DNA of 64,000 nucleotides, taken from assembly GCA_000320545.1 (NCBI GenBank), contig ADNK01000150.1, forward strand, positions 1 through 64,000, given 5' to 3'. The notes under the pieces were generated by a model. It saw only the letters and a program-made list of their open reading frames with translations, was not told the origin of the DNA and did not search any database. Each line of letters begins with the position of its first letter. Positions within the stretch are counted from its first letter, which is position 1. This stretch comes from Bigelowiella natans CCMP2755 (taxonomy: Eukaryota; Protista; Cercozoa). Shown piece after piece: positions 39,683 through 51,200 of this stretch. The position numbers were made by a program, and so were the translations under genes.

Positions 39683-41145
39683 GTTGGTCTCCTGATGGCT
39701 ATAAAGGAGGACATTGTTCATCCTCTTTAATCGTCCTTCCATTTCTCATTGCCACGGATTCTGCTGTGTTTTATTAGAACTAGCACTAGCATCAGCAGCA
39801 TGTTGTCACCATCAGCGTCGTCGCCTCCTCAACGGCCGATTAATCGCTCTCGCTATTGCTTTTTGTGTGGCACTCATTCTTTTGCGGCGTGTAGATTGAC
39901 AGCGAGCAAGCTTTCGGAGAGCTGGCAGGGGTGAAGCGGGAGTTGAAGGTGATGGGAGAGAACCTAAGACAGATCGCTGTAGCGGCAAAAAGGGCTCGAT
40001 TGACAGGGCAACGAAGCCTCAACTTCAACGATGGTGCAATCACCGGAAAGGGCGACGACAATGACCAGAATGACGTTTCTAGCAGTGGCATCATTCTGCA
40101 TGGTGTGATGGCGGCTCGCTTTTATAAGGCACTGTCTAAACGGTTAGCGATGTGCTATGATCTGTCCTCCCCCCCCTCGTTTTCCCAACGACGACAGCAG
40201 AGTCAATGTCAGCAGCGAGGGTTATATGAGTTTCGTAGAATGATCGAAAGTATTGGTAGCCATATTGGGGATGTTAAACGGCAAGCAACATATAACGGGG
40301 AGATATCTGTTAGTAAAGTATTTTGGGCTATAATGACGACCCTTCCGTCACCCCTCCTCCTCCTCCTCCTCCTCCTCCTCCTCCTTCTCTTGGCAATATC
40401 ATTCATAGGTTTATGAAGTGCGCAAGGGTTCACGATTCCCTGCAGAAAAACGTGCGACTGACTAACTCGCAATTCCAGGCTCTGCTCAAGTTTTGGTCGG
40501 TCTCTGTTTTCTCCGTGTACTCCGTCCATGCAGATGTTTGGGGTTGAGAAGGGGGGGAGGAAAGTAACAACAACAATAACAACAACAACGACGACGACGA
40601 TGGCGACGAGGACGATTTAACGACAGTCGCAACAACCGTGTAATAAGAGTACGATGATGACAGCAAAGAAACAGGCAGAGCGTTCACGGAGCGATGATGA
40701 ATCTTTCTCCCTTGACTGACTGCTGTTGTTGTATGTACTTAAAAATTCAAAGGGGAGAAGGAATTCCGGGTGGTGGAGCACACTTTAAGAAAATGGAGGG
40801 ATTCTTCGAGGTGTATACGTGTGTGTGTGTGTGACACACACACACACACACACACAAATACAAAATATAGAAGTTGAGGTGGGGGGGATGGAGAGGGGAT
40901 AAGGAAAGAAAAGTTCGGCGAATCTTATGTTGATATAATCTTTTTCATCACGAAAGATATTCGCGGAATTCGCTCCGATCTGGGACGATGTAGTCGCCCG
41001 AACCCGCCAGAGAGCTGCTCAGCAGCAGCAGCAAGAAGGAGAACGGATCAAATCGTTACTATCACCTTCCAAAAAGACCAACTATGCTAACAACAGCGAA
41101 AGCGACCGTGGTGCACTCCGGAGGCGCACTGTTAGTGCGATGTAG
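30369..41145 (+). CDS. Membrane-anchored DUF6687-like domain fused to FH1-FH2 formin (single spliced gene model)
   Basis: TM segment VAVLLLLLLSVLAAFVV. DUF6687-like motifs LVVDCTH, ITHHK, STNHFDIDSFVS, EVARIGDFREL and HYYALFS. GT-AG junctions 33964/34318, 35562/35931 and 36336/36534 are in frame and lead into a polyproline FH1 and the FH2. One FH2 junction (about 36710/36829) was not fully resolved. Confidence 0.7.
36172..41145 (+). other. Formin FH1 (polyproline) and FH2 domain portion
   Basis: IPPPPPFFPPPP..VPPPPPGVLPPPP, then ELKRLHWIP..CIW, LLDPKREMNISIAL, LLPSEEE, YSGEPSSL, LTLGNFMN, FGVEILTKLHLSKATDRKSSLLDFV and ELRHVIKAAK. Confidence 0.9.
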
Positions 41146-41149
41146 ATGA

Positions 41150-42200
41150 AGGGAACAATGACTAGCTAGCTAGATGCATGCACGCAGACTAGCAAGGGAC
41201 GCCGAAACTGTCAATCTCTAGCTCTTGCTAGCTAGATCTAGCAACACTAGACTGATAGATTAGTATGTACATGATCAAAATAATCCACGTTCTGGCAATG
41301 TTTACACGACAACTTATCTAGTTGTGCTCGATATTTCTAGATGTCTACGCTAGCTAGCTAGCTACGGTGCAAATGTGTGCACCCGGTACACCTAGCTAGC
41401 TAGCTAGTTAGCAGACACGCTAGCGCGGCAGCAGTCTCGATCCGCTTCGCTAGCTTCGTCACGCAACACTGCATGCTAGCATGTCTAGATGTGCGTGAAC
41501 AACGCTAGAATGAATGCTAGCCATCTAGAATGGGCAACTCTTGAACGCACATGCAGCTGTGATCATGCCAGCTAGCCTACATCTAGAGATTTTCAAGCGT
41601 CCATGCTGGTATGCCCAGATGTGCCTCTAGCTAGCTAGCAAGGTTGCCTCAGCGCATTAGCTGGTTCTAGAGTTAGGCATGCTAGCATGCAGATCGAGCA
41701 TCTAGCTGGCTAGTCATCTAGCCATCTCTAGATCTCTAGTTCTACACAGACACTACTTGGAGATCGTCCACAGTCGCATAGCTAGCATAGACATAGAGAT
41801 CTCTAGATGACTAGAGAGCATTTAGCTAGTTAGACGTGTGTGCACAGCTATAGACGGACTAGCTAGTCTAGGGAGGTGTCACCACATCTAAATCGACACG
41901 ATAGATGTCCAGATTTCTAGATGTGCATGATCACATGCTTCATTAAGTCGCTATAGTCAGTTCTCATCGTTCTGAGGCCATATCATGTTTAGATTTGGCA
42001 CATACATACACACGCTCAACATTTGTCTCACAACACTAATAAGTGAGTCTGAAAGTGCACTGTAGATCAATGCTAGATTCAGAGCACGTCTAGATCCTAG
42101 CTAGAGATTTTCACACTTGTCTGGCAGATTAGAGAGGCGTTTCATCCTTGGCGATGTAGCCATACAAGACACGGAGATTAAATTAAGTAGTTGCTAAAAT
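41150..42200. repeat. CTAG-rich decayed intergenic repeat tract
   Basis: About 20 CTAG counted by eye in 41161-41460, plus many CATG/TGCA. No long ORF. Confidence 0.7.
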
Positions 42201-42649
42201 TTGACCTATTTGACGTGCGAATTAGTCGTAGATACGCAGAGATAGCGTAAGTGACGTGTTCAAAAATTATTTAATGAGAAAATTATTGTGAACTTCAGCA
42301 CTTTCCAGGCTAGGCTGAAGTTCTCGTATGTAAGCATATTTGTCGCTTCCTGTCGTTACTTGAGATGCATTTCGGTCGTTCCCTTCATCTATCTGAGAAA
42401 GATATAACAAAAATGATTCAACAAGTACTGATGCATCTAGACGACGAACATCGAGAAGAATTCTGAACTCAGTTTCTTTATACTAAAAAATCAGAAGTTT
42501 GAATCTTAAGATCACATTGTCATCATTAGGAATTTGAAACGGCGCTATGCGAGATCCAGTGCTCCCGCCATTCATCCTATTCCTGTCAGCGTGTCATCGT
42601 AAAAAGTTTAGGAAGAATTTATCATGTTTAAGCAACACCAAGTCGTGAA

Positions 42650-44991
42650 CTAAATGCACCATGATGACCAATTTCTGGTTTTCAGAAACTCATGCTGAAG
42701 CAAGTTTCTAGCTTTCGGCCTCATCTTGAAGTTCTGAGTCAAAATAAAGTCACGAACCAGTGTGCCCACTAAGTGCTTATCCATGTGTACAAGGTGCATA
42801 CTGACCTTGATGAGGCAACATCGAATGAAATCACAGAATTGTTCGCTCCATTCGGAAGAAGATCCCGATGTTCCAACTGAATCCGAATTCCTTTTCATCT
42901 CAACATCGGTCTATGTTGTCAATATCCATAGAATTTAAATAGAATTGACACAATCATGTGCTATAGCTTGTCGACCTCTCCTTTGGATTCTTTGTCAAAT
43001 TTCTGCAAAAATGGAGGTTCGCCCTTGAATTGAAATAAAAAGAACTTGTTTATCAGAATCGTAAGTTCTCACTCAAGAGAGAATACTGGAATTTCAACCT
43101 TCGTTCTCCTTTTGGCAATGTATTCGTATTGCTTGTTGTTATGCGGTGGTTTTCCTTTGAGAATCGATGTAAATTTTAGAACGATCAATTCTGTGAACAA
43201 TTTGTTTACCATAGGCAAGCTCAAGAGCTGTGATGCCTGTTGCCCACACGTCCAATTTTTCATTGATTTTAACCCCCTTCAGCACGGTTTAAATCAACCA
43301 AAGATTGATGAGCAAATTGGAAATACAAATACAACGTTGAAACTTTCGGGAGCTAGATACTCTGGATTTCGAACCATTCCATTTATCTGAAACATCGTTT
43401 CATGGCAAAATTACTTTCTGATGCCTGACAATCAAAGAATATCTACCAAGAGTTCTCCATCAATTGGTGTGTATTTTGATACCCTCACATAGCGATCATC
43501 TATGCTAACATCTCCGAGCTTCACCTATTGTACAAATTGACTTATTTGTCGGTATACATCATGGTGCGAAGGTACAACCTCAAAAGTATTTGATAATAAA
43601 AGATTCGACGCGGTCACGTTCCCGTGTACGATTCCTTGAAAAAAATGAAATAATCAATCTTTATGTTGCAACGCCTGCGAAAAGCAGCAGAATCTAGGTG
43701 AAGTCCGAATTTAGATACCATAGTCACCCATGTGCGCCAGAGCCTTTTTTAACAATATGTACAAGAAATTCAATTTTATCGAAGAAAAGAAGGAATTTGT
43801 TGTCTGTGGATAGCTGATTAACCTTGAATGCGCAATGCAAAGCGTGTGCGATGTGAGGTTCCTCCAATAAACCGCAATCACGCATGTCTCGGATAGACCT
43901 GGAATAGGTTTACAGATAGAGAGAGGATATCGTCCGCAACAAATTTCTACTCTGAAATATATCTTGTTTCGTTAGCTTAGCTGACTGACCCTCCTGAAAA
44001 GTATTCTGTTATCCTCCAAAATCTATTCGAGCTATCAGGCCCCTCCCACATCTGTTGGAAATAGGCAAATGTGTATGGAAATAATGAAATTAATTATTTG
44101 GGATCAACATACCCTGCTCTGAACCAGATTCTTGTGGGGGGGTAGCCTGTTGTTTATGTAGGATGTCTGTCAAAACATGGTTTGATTAAATTAAGTGTAC
44201 AATTTTGCCTTTCGTATTTCTTATTAACGCGTTGAGTGTGCTGGCTGAAAGCTGCAACACTGTCAGATTGGACGATATAGAGGCATATCCTCTCCTGTTT
44301 TGTAAGAACCATAAAATGCACCGTATGCCTCATGACAAGTTACAATTAAGTTTCGAAGGTTTGTGCGACTCTGTTTTTTAATTTTTTCAAACCTCTTCGA
44401 CAACGTCAGATTCTCTTTTGCTGTCATACGGGACCTTCATTAAAATAAAAAAAGTAAAATTTAGATATTTTCATAGAGGCCAGCTTATAATACCGCGCTC
44501 CAAAGTTCTACGAATTTGCCTTGGCCTATCTGTCAGTGCAAGCAACCTTTAATGCCTCAAGAGCATATTTCATGTCTCACGAAAGTGTGCTTACATGTCG
44601 AAGTACCTTATCGTCATTACTCATCTTAAAAACCTCTCGTAAGCTTCGATCTCCACCAGAAATTAACCTGCATCTGAAGGACATCAGAGTCAGTGACATC
44701 CCTGAGGCCCTTCAGGGTCAAATCGTCATTTTCATCGACAAGATTGTGAACCTGTCATCCCATTCTTCAGCTGCAAATACATCTTCGACATCATTGTCAT
44801 CAGGTTCATCTTTTGTTTCCTCCTAAGTAGATGACATAGCTTTAGTGATGAAAACGCCAAGTGTGCTTCATGAAACGCACCACGGCCTTAGTCTTCAAGC
44901 CAGGACAGTGATTGCTGATGCTGAGGTCACTGAGGTCAGGCGGTGCTGAAGATGCATCTCGATGTGCTGCATCGTAGTGTGGCAAAGTCAT
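42650..44991 (-). CDS. STE20/PAK-like pseudokinase
   Basis: About 14 short exons in phase: KIGQGKFVELW, ICLYIV, PHKNLV, WRITEYFSGGS, GIVHGNVTASNLLL, VKLGDVS, PEYLAPE, KLDVWATGITALELAYGKPP, WSEQFCDFIRCCL and RPKARNLLQHEFL. Start codon inferred. Confidence 0.8.
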
Positions 44992-45199
44992 TTCTAATCC
45001 ATCTCAAAAGAGGAAGTGCAACAGATCTGCACGTTGCTTGACAAGGTACCTCCTGCACAAAGATTCCCCATCGATGAGACACGTGTAGGGAAACGGGCAA
45101 CGGGTCGCCACAATTTTTCTTGTTGCAACAAACAAACGAGACAAAATTAGATCTTGAGAATGTTTCATTGCACAGCGGCACAAATCTGCCTAATGAACC

Positions 45200-46850
45200 G
45201 AAGTGGCACTAAGAGAACAAAATTGTCACGTTACATGTAGTCGACAAACATCGAACATCGAACTTCTCCGCATTGCATTGTTACAAACAAGTGCAGCAAG
45301 AAGGTGTATGTGCGTGTGCAGCAAATTGACAACAACGCCATTCAGGTGGCTGTTGAGTTCTTGTGTCAAAGAAATCAGCATGTCGCAGAACAATGAACAA
45401 TGATGAGCAATGAACAATGAACAAAGCATTGATGCAAGTCTGCGTGCGCCAAAACCACGTGTGAAACAGGCGTGTGCATGCAGCAGTGCCTCAGCAAAAA
45501 TCATTGCGAGGACTAAATCAGCAGAAGTGAATGGCACGCTGACAGACCATGGTGAGGAATCAAAGAAAAGCACATGGATTCACAATTTGTTGTTTCAACA
45601 ATTCCAATGACGTGCCACGCCAGCACGCGATGCCGTCCAGCCGTCCAGCTGTGTTGTTTGCCAAACGATTTGGGGTCCAACAAATCCCCCTGGCACTTGA
45701 GGTTCCAGTCCAACTTGTTGGCAGTACTTGTGCATCGCACGTCTTGTCAGAACGTTTTGTGCTTTGCTGGTTTGACCTGGCTAGCTCTGGAGCTGGTGAC
45801 GTGTCAGCGCCAGAGCGTGCCTGGTGCATCCAATGACACGTTTGCAAAACGCACACCCTGCTCGTGCTGGCCTGACTGGCTAGCTGGTCTGAGCCCAGAC
45901 TTGATTTGGGACGGAGCTTTTCAGCAAGTCAACACGTGTCAAAAATGGACACAAATCTTGAACCTCAGGGGGTGCGATTGTTGTTCCAAAGTGATTGTGC
46001 ACAGACCAGCATGGGGCCGGCCCGAGGGGGCACAAGCTGGCTTGCTGGTGGCTGGACAAGGCCAGAAGGAGGCTAGCTAGCTAGGAGGGCGAGCCGTGTG
46101 AGATTGAGAGCACGAAAGTGTCGTTTTCACTCCAACTCCAAAAAGCATTGCGAGCCACGAAGGAGCTCGCATGGAGGGAAGCTAGTCACAACGTGTGCCA
46201 CTTTTGACTTTGAGAAGAACAGGTCTGTCAGCGACCAACAACAAAGTGACAGGACACGCTTGCATGCCTTTGCTCAGGTTCTCTTTTTCCGTGCACGTCA
46301 GGCCAGCAGAGGCCTCGACTCTTCTCGCCCTCAGCTAGCTCAGCTGTCTGGTTGTGAAGCGCATCGTGGGCAGTGCAAACGCTGCGATGATGAACACGCA
46401 CGCTGCACCGTTCACCTGTTCCAGTGTTGTTCGTCTGTCATGGCATTCCATGTCTAGATGTGACAGAGTGTCGGCCATGTGTGCACACTGATGTCTGGAA
46501 ATCACATTCACGTGCACTGGCTCAAATTCTCAAATTGCTAGTGCTTAGAATTGTCACACGTTGCGCTGCATCAGAAACACAAAATGAAAAACTGCGCGTG
46601 GCCTAAACGTGCGCATGCATGTCTGGATGCATGCCTGCATTGTCATCAATTGGAGATGGCTTGATCGACGTGCTAGCGTGGCGCGGCACATCATGATGAC
46701 GTGTGCAATGTTGTGCGTGATTTGCAAAAACACTCCAAATTTCAACTCAATTGAGTAGGTGAGGATGTGCTGAACAAACTGTTTGAAACGTTGCAAAATG
46801 AAATGCGGTCTCAGCCTCATTCAAGATGGCATGCTGCAAACTTGATGTCA
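45200..46850. repeat. CpG-decayed (TGCA/CATG/CACG-rich) intergenic relic, probably a dead mobile element
   Basis: High TG/CA/CTAG content. ORFs are Cys/His-rich with no recognisable motif. Element family not identifiable. Confidence 0.4.
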
Positions 46851-46853
46851 AAA

Positions 46854-49800
46854 TCACTTGCACCACACTCGAACTTTGGGCGTTTGGATGTCAATGGAGT
46901 TTTTGTCGTCTGTCTTGGGAAGTCTTGATCGCAACCATGCTGGTAGCTTAGGGTCAATGTCCAGACTGATGTCAAGTAAGATGAAAGGTTGATTCGGATC
47001 AGCTGAAGGTCCCGCATGCTTGAAGTAAATTTCCGAAATCATTTGAGTTTCTTGGGCCTTTTCACAAAGTGAGATGTCAGTTGATTCGTATATTGATGTT
47101 TTACCAACAAACATTCCCGTGACAGTCAAACCACCCTGCAGTTTCTCGTGCGAGATGATGGCTTTTGCAAGTTTACCCACCGACATATCTCCCTTAATGT
47201 CAATGAAGTCGTAGCAAGTGAAATTCTCTGGGACTGCAATTATTGAAGTCTCAGTTTCGACAACCTTGCCTCCATCTTCTCTTAACCCCTTCTGGACCCT
47301 AGAATACTTCTGGTAAGGATCTGCAGGCATCTCAGAAATGATCATGTTTGTGGCGAGGTTGATGGTGTTCCAGTTAAATTTATTGATATCATCCATTCCA
47401 AGAAGATGCTTATAGACCTCCAGAAACACGAAGCCCGTAATCGAGGCCGCCGTAGTGACAATTGACGCGCTGATGCGTCCTGCAATCATACGGCACTTAT
47501 GACGATCCTCGTTCTTGATTTTACGGGTATCAGCCTTCAAGTTGGTCGAGGAGGTAATCCAGTCAATATGGTGATTTGAGTCATCATCTTTTTCAAAGTG
47601 ACCAGGACTAATTGCAGGGAGTGAGGACACATCCAGCTTTGAGACGTCCTCCTTCAGCTTTTCAAAGAGATTTTTCTCTCCTTCTTCTTCAACCTCGACT
47701 TTCTTGGCCTTCCACTCTGGTACATCAATTTTCGCAGCGATTTCAGCACATGCCGCCTTGGTTGGGTAGCCATTCTTAGAGATGCCAAGAACATCCGCAA
47801 AGATGCAAGCCGTGTGCCAAATAAAGTCAATGTATTTATCATTGCTTGAGTCCCATTCCTGGGGGTATGGGAAACGCTTACGGCCCCGCCAGAAAGGCGT
47901 GCCGTTCTTGTCCTTGGTATCCTTAGGGTAAGAAGAGATGAGGTCCTTCACCTTATTTCTGTACTCTTCAATGAAGATATCAAGTGCCAGTTGCACACAG
48001 GATTCGAGAGATGATTTCTTAGCAAGAGCAGCCCATTTAAGCACACTCTTGAGTTTGTCGAACCCTACTCCATAGTTAGCCTCGCATTTTTCCAAGAATT
48101 TCTCGACCCCAGCCTTGCGGAGGTCTTCATACGCGGCAGGTCCATCCTCGAACATCTGGCCAAACATCGCCCTAGACCATTCGATTAAGTGGATGGATTC
48201 ATAAGGGAAGTTAACTATTGTGTCCATCATAATTTCTTGCCCTTCTCCAGGTGGAGCTCCCTCAGCATAAGAGGAGGTTTTGTGAGGGATGTGAACGGAG
48301 CTGTTCGCCTGGGTTCCATGTGTTCCAGATTCGAACAAAGGTTTAGCGTGCAAGATGCACTTTCCGTCCATGTAGACACGAGCGTGGATGTTATCAAGGG
48401 CGGTGATAACAAAATCAAGATCGGTCCAGAACTTGTTAGTGAATACGTTTTCTGTCTTAGGCTCAACACGGATCTTGTGAACGTTCATACCTAGTGAACA
48501 ATATGACCGTGTGATTGTAGATTACACGTTTCAAAGGTATTTATGATAGCGTTACCTCCCTTTAGCTCTGGGTTCATCTCGCAGGCGACCCTTGCGGACA
48601 ACTCGGACTTAAGTTTTCCAATGTGCTTGCGGCGAAACAAGAAGTGGCGACTAAGATTCGAGAGTTCGATTACGTCATCGTCGGTAATGTTGATCTTCCC
48701 CTTGCATCCCAGACCCATCATAGCAATATTCTTGAGGGACTCGCATCCAAGGGCCCCACATCCAGCGAGGAAGTAGTTGGATTTGTGAGCCTTCTCAACG
48801 AATTCCTCTCCGAACAATGTTGCATAATGGCCATATCGATCTTTACGGTCCCCTTTTCCACCGTCTCCAACTAGAAGATAGGATCATCAGACACTAAACT
48901 TTCAAGCGACATTCAAAGAAAAGCTGTACCTAGCTCAAAAGCATCGAAGTGGATAAATTGGTTGATGGGAGTGTATTTTCCTGTCTGTTTCATAGCCTCT
49001 TGTGCGACAATACCACCATTAATGGCAGCTATTGCGTTGGTTTCAGTTCGCGCGAACCTAATACATCATGACTTAAAATTTTGACCTTTCCCAGGATGAA
49101 TATTATTATCTTGTACTTTGCCATCTTCGTCATTAAAGCTTCATCGAGTGCCATGCCTTTTTCCTCTGCAAGTTTCTTCGCATATTGCACGACTTTGTCA
49201 GCATCAGCTTTATCCAGAAGTGCGGGAAGCTCCCTTTTCGCTTCGTGGAATTGCATAAGGGCAACCAATCCTAAATGTGGACATGCGTCATTAAAGACAC
49301 TTAAAGGACAAAAAAAAGGATTATCATGCCACTTACCAGTGTGGAGCATAGTAGAGACCCCAAATTTCATGAAATTCTGCACCCCTTTCTCAATTGTTGG
49401 TGCATAGAGTTGCTGCTCGAGAGATTCATAATCCATCCAGACGGAAACCTTCTTCTGGGATCCAATACCACCCTGGACGTAAGAACCAAGCTCGGAAATA
49501 TCCCCAATAAAGAACGTGCGAGGGTTTCTGCGGTGAACTTTAATCTCAAAGGTTGCGTTGATGCTGGTAGCTTTCTCGCCGTACTTATACGTGTCGACAT
49601 TTCCACTATCCTTCTTTTCCTGAATGAGAGAAACGTAATGTTGTAATATATTGAAACAAATATTGCAGGGCTATCCTTTAATTTACCATCTGAATTTCCT
49701 CCAGCTTAATATGATCTCCAGAGAACAAAAAGTGTCGCTCTCCTGCAGTAGTAATTTTACCCACCACCTTGCCCTTATTGGCAGTCTGAGAAAAGATAAC

Positions 49801-50956
49801 AAGATGAATCAGTTGCCTGAACTAGTGTATATAACCTTAATATTCTACTACCGCAGGGTTTCCTTCAGCGTAGTCTAGGATTTCTCCTACAGTGAGCCTC
49901 TTTTTGCGTTTGTCATCAAACTTGAGGCCTGCCTTTTCTTCGAGGAGTTTGACACCCTTCAACAAGAAAAACATCAAGTACTGATAATCAGAAAGCAACA
50001 ATATTAATATAACCCATTCTTTCTTTGCCGAGTAACCCATCTTTTTTACATCGAAGTAGGATGGAAGGTGAGCGAGAAGGAAGTCGTCAATTTTCTCATA
50101 CGGTGCAGGAACAGACTCGACCGAAGTAACTACGATTGATCGCTCTGGGGCACCATCCTAAATAGACGTGACAGACAACTTATCAGGTTGTGAAATTTCG
50201 ATAATTAAAGAGCGTGGTTGTTACTTTATCGAAAATTTCATGCTTCTTGCCGAAGTTGGAGAAGATGCTCGTGTGCATTCCAAAAATACCACTCCAGATG
50301 AACTTGGTTCCGTTTTCGGTACAGATCTACGACAAAACACGATATTTTTGTAATATATATTAATTATACATATATTTTCATACATATTTATAAATCCGTG
50401 CGTATGTTTGTCTATCCACATGACAAGTATTGACATGAAGCATTCAAAAAAACCTTATCGAATTCAATGAGCTTGCTCAAAGGCCATTGAGACTGCAAGT
50501 CAGTAAAAACAACCGTAGAATACTGCTTCAACAAATCTGCAGTAATCTCCCCGGTGTGCACACTGAAGTATGTGTTTGGATTGATATCTGCTAGTTCCTT
50601 TTCACAAGCTGTGCCGCGTGGCTTGCCGACATCAGATTCGTTCAAGTAGAAGTTAGCCCCAAGGTCGACTGCTTGCACGAGCTCATCGTCGTGGACCTTT
50701 TTTGCCACATAACAATTCAAATTCGGTCTTATTTGTCTTAGGATCAGTACACGCACTTAATACAATTAAAATTTTAGCAAACCATAACGGTGTGGGGTCC
50801 TGCCAACAATAGGTTCTTAGCTGTCTCAATCCCAGACCCACGGAGACCAAACACAGCAACCTTCATGGTCTTGAGCTTTTTTATCATCCTTTCACCGTAT
50901 ACACCCTTCATACGGGACAAGTCCTCTTTAACCATTTTCTTCTCTTCACTCATCAT
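46854..50956 (-). CDS. UBA1-like ubiquitin-activating enzyme E1 paralog lacking the catalytic cysteine
   Basis: Inactive adenylation domain VAVFGLRGSGIETAKNLLLAG. Active adenylation domain AGCGALGCE, DDDVIELSNLSRHFLFR, ALDNIHAR and ESGTHGT. Also FEKDDDSNHH, IAGRI and a C-terminal UFD. The active-site PxCT reads MMDT. Confidence 0.92.
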
Positions 50957-51200
50957 GTTGGTATTCAAGTAGATCGATCTCCCTTCCGGGCGATAGCGTG
51001 GTAGATCTAGATCTAGTTGGACTTGATACGTTGAAGATGCCCGGATGAGGACCTTCTAGCCGATTCTTCCATTTAGGCCGAAAATAAGAAAATTATCTCA
51101 TAGACGTTGTCGTTCCATCATAACAGTCGCCCGCCTCTCACAGATGGATGGATATCTCGGGCCGAAAGTTCTCTTCGCGTCATCACGTCGGGCAAAAATA

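Larger units (their letters stand above)
100..41000. repeat. Dense intronic microsatellites (CT)n, (GT)n, (AT)n, (TAG)n, (CAT)n, (CCT)n
   Basis: Examples: (CT)n about 205-270, (CA)n about 499-530, (AT)n about 23366-23405, (GA)n about 37540-37570. Almost every intron in this interval carries one or more. Confidence 0.95.

Noticed and set aside
44660-44755. SAM-domain-like reading VHNLVDENDDLTLKGLRDVTDSDVLQMQ
   Set aside because: It lies within an intron. Splicing it out gives DDRLISGGDRSLREVFKMSNDDKIGQG, the expected STE20 pre-kinase segment.
42650-44900. Initially looked like a degraded AT-rich retroelement
   Set aside because: It resolves into phase-consistent kinase exons, with no RT or integrase motifs.
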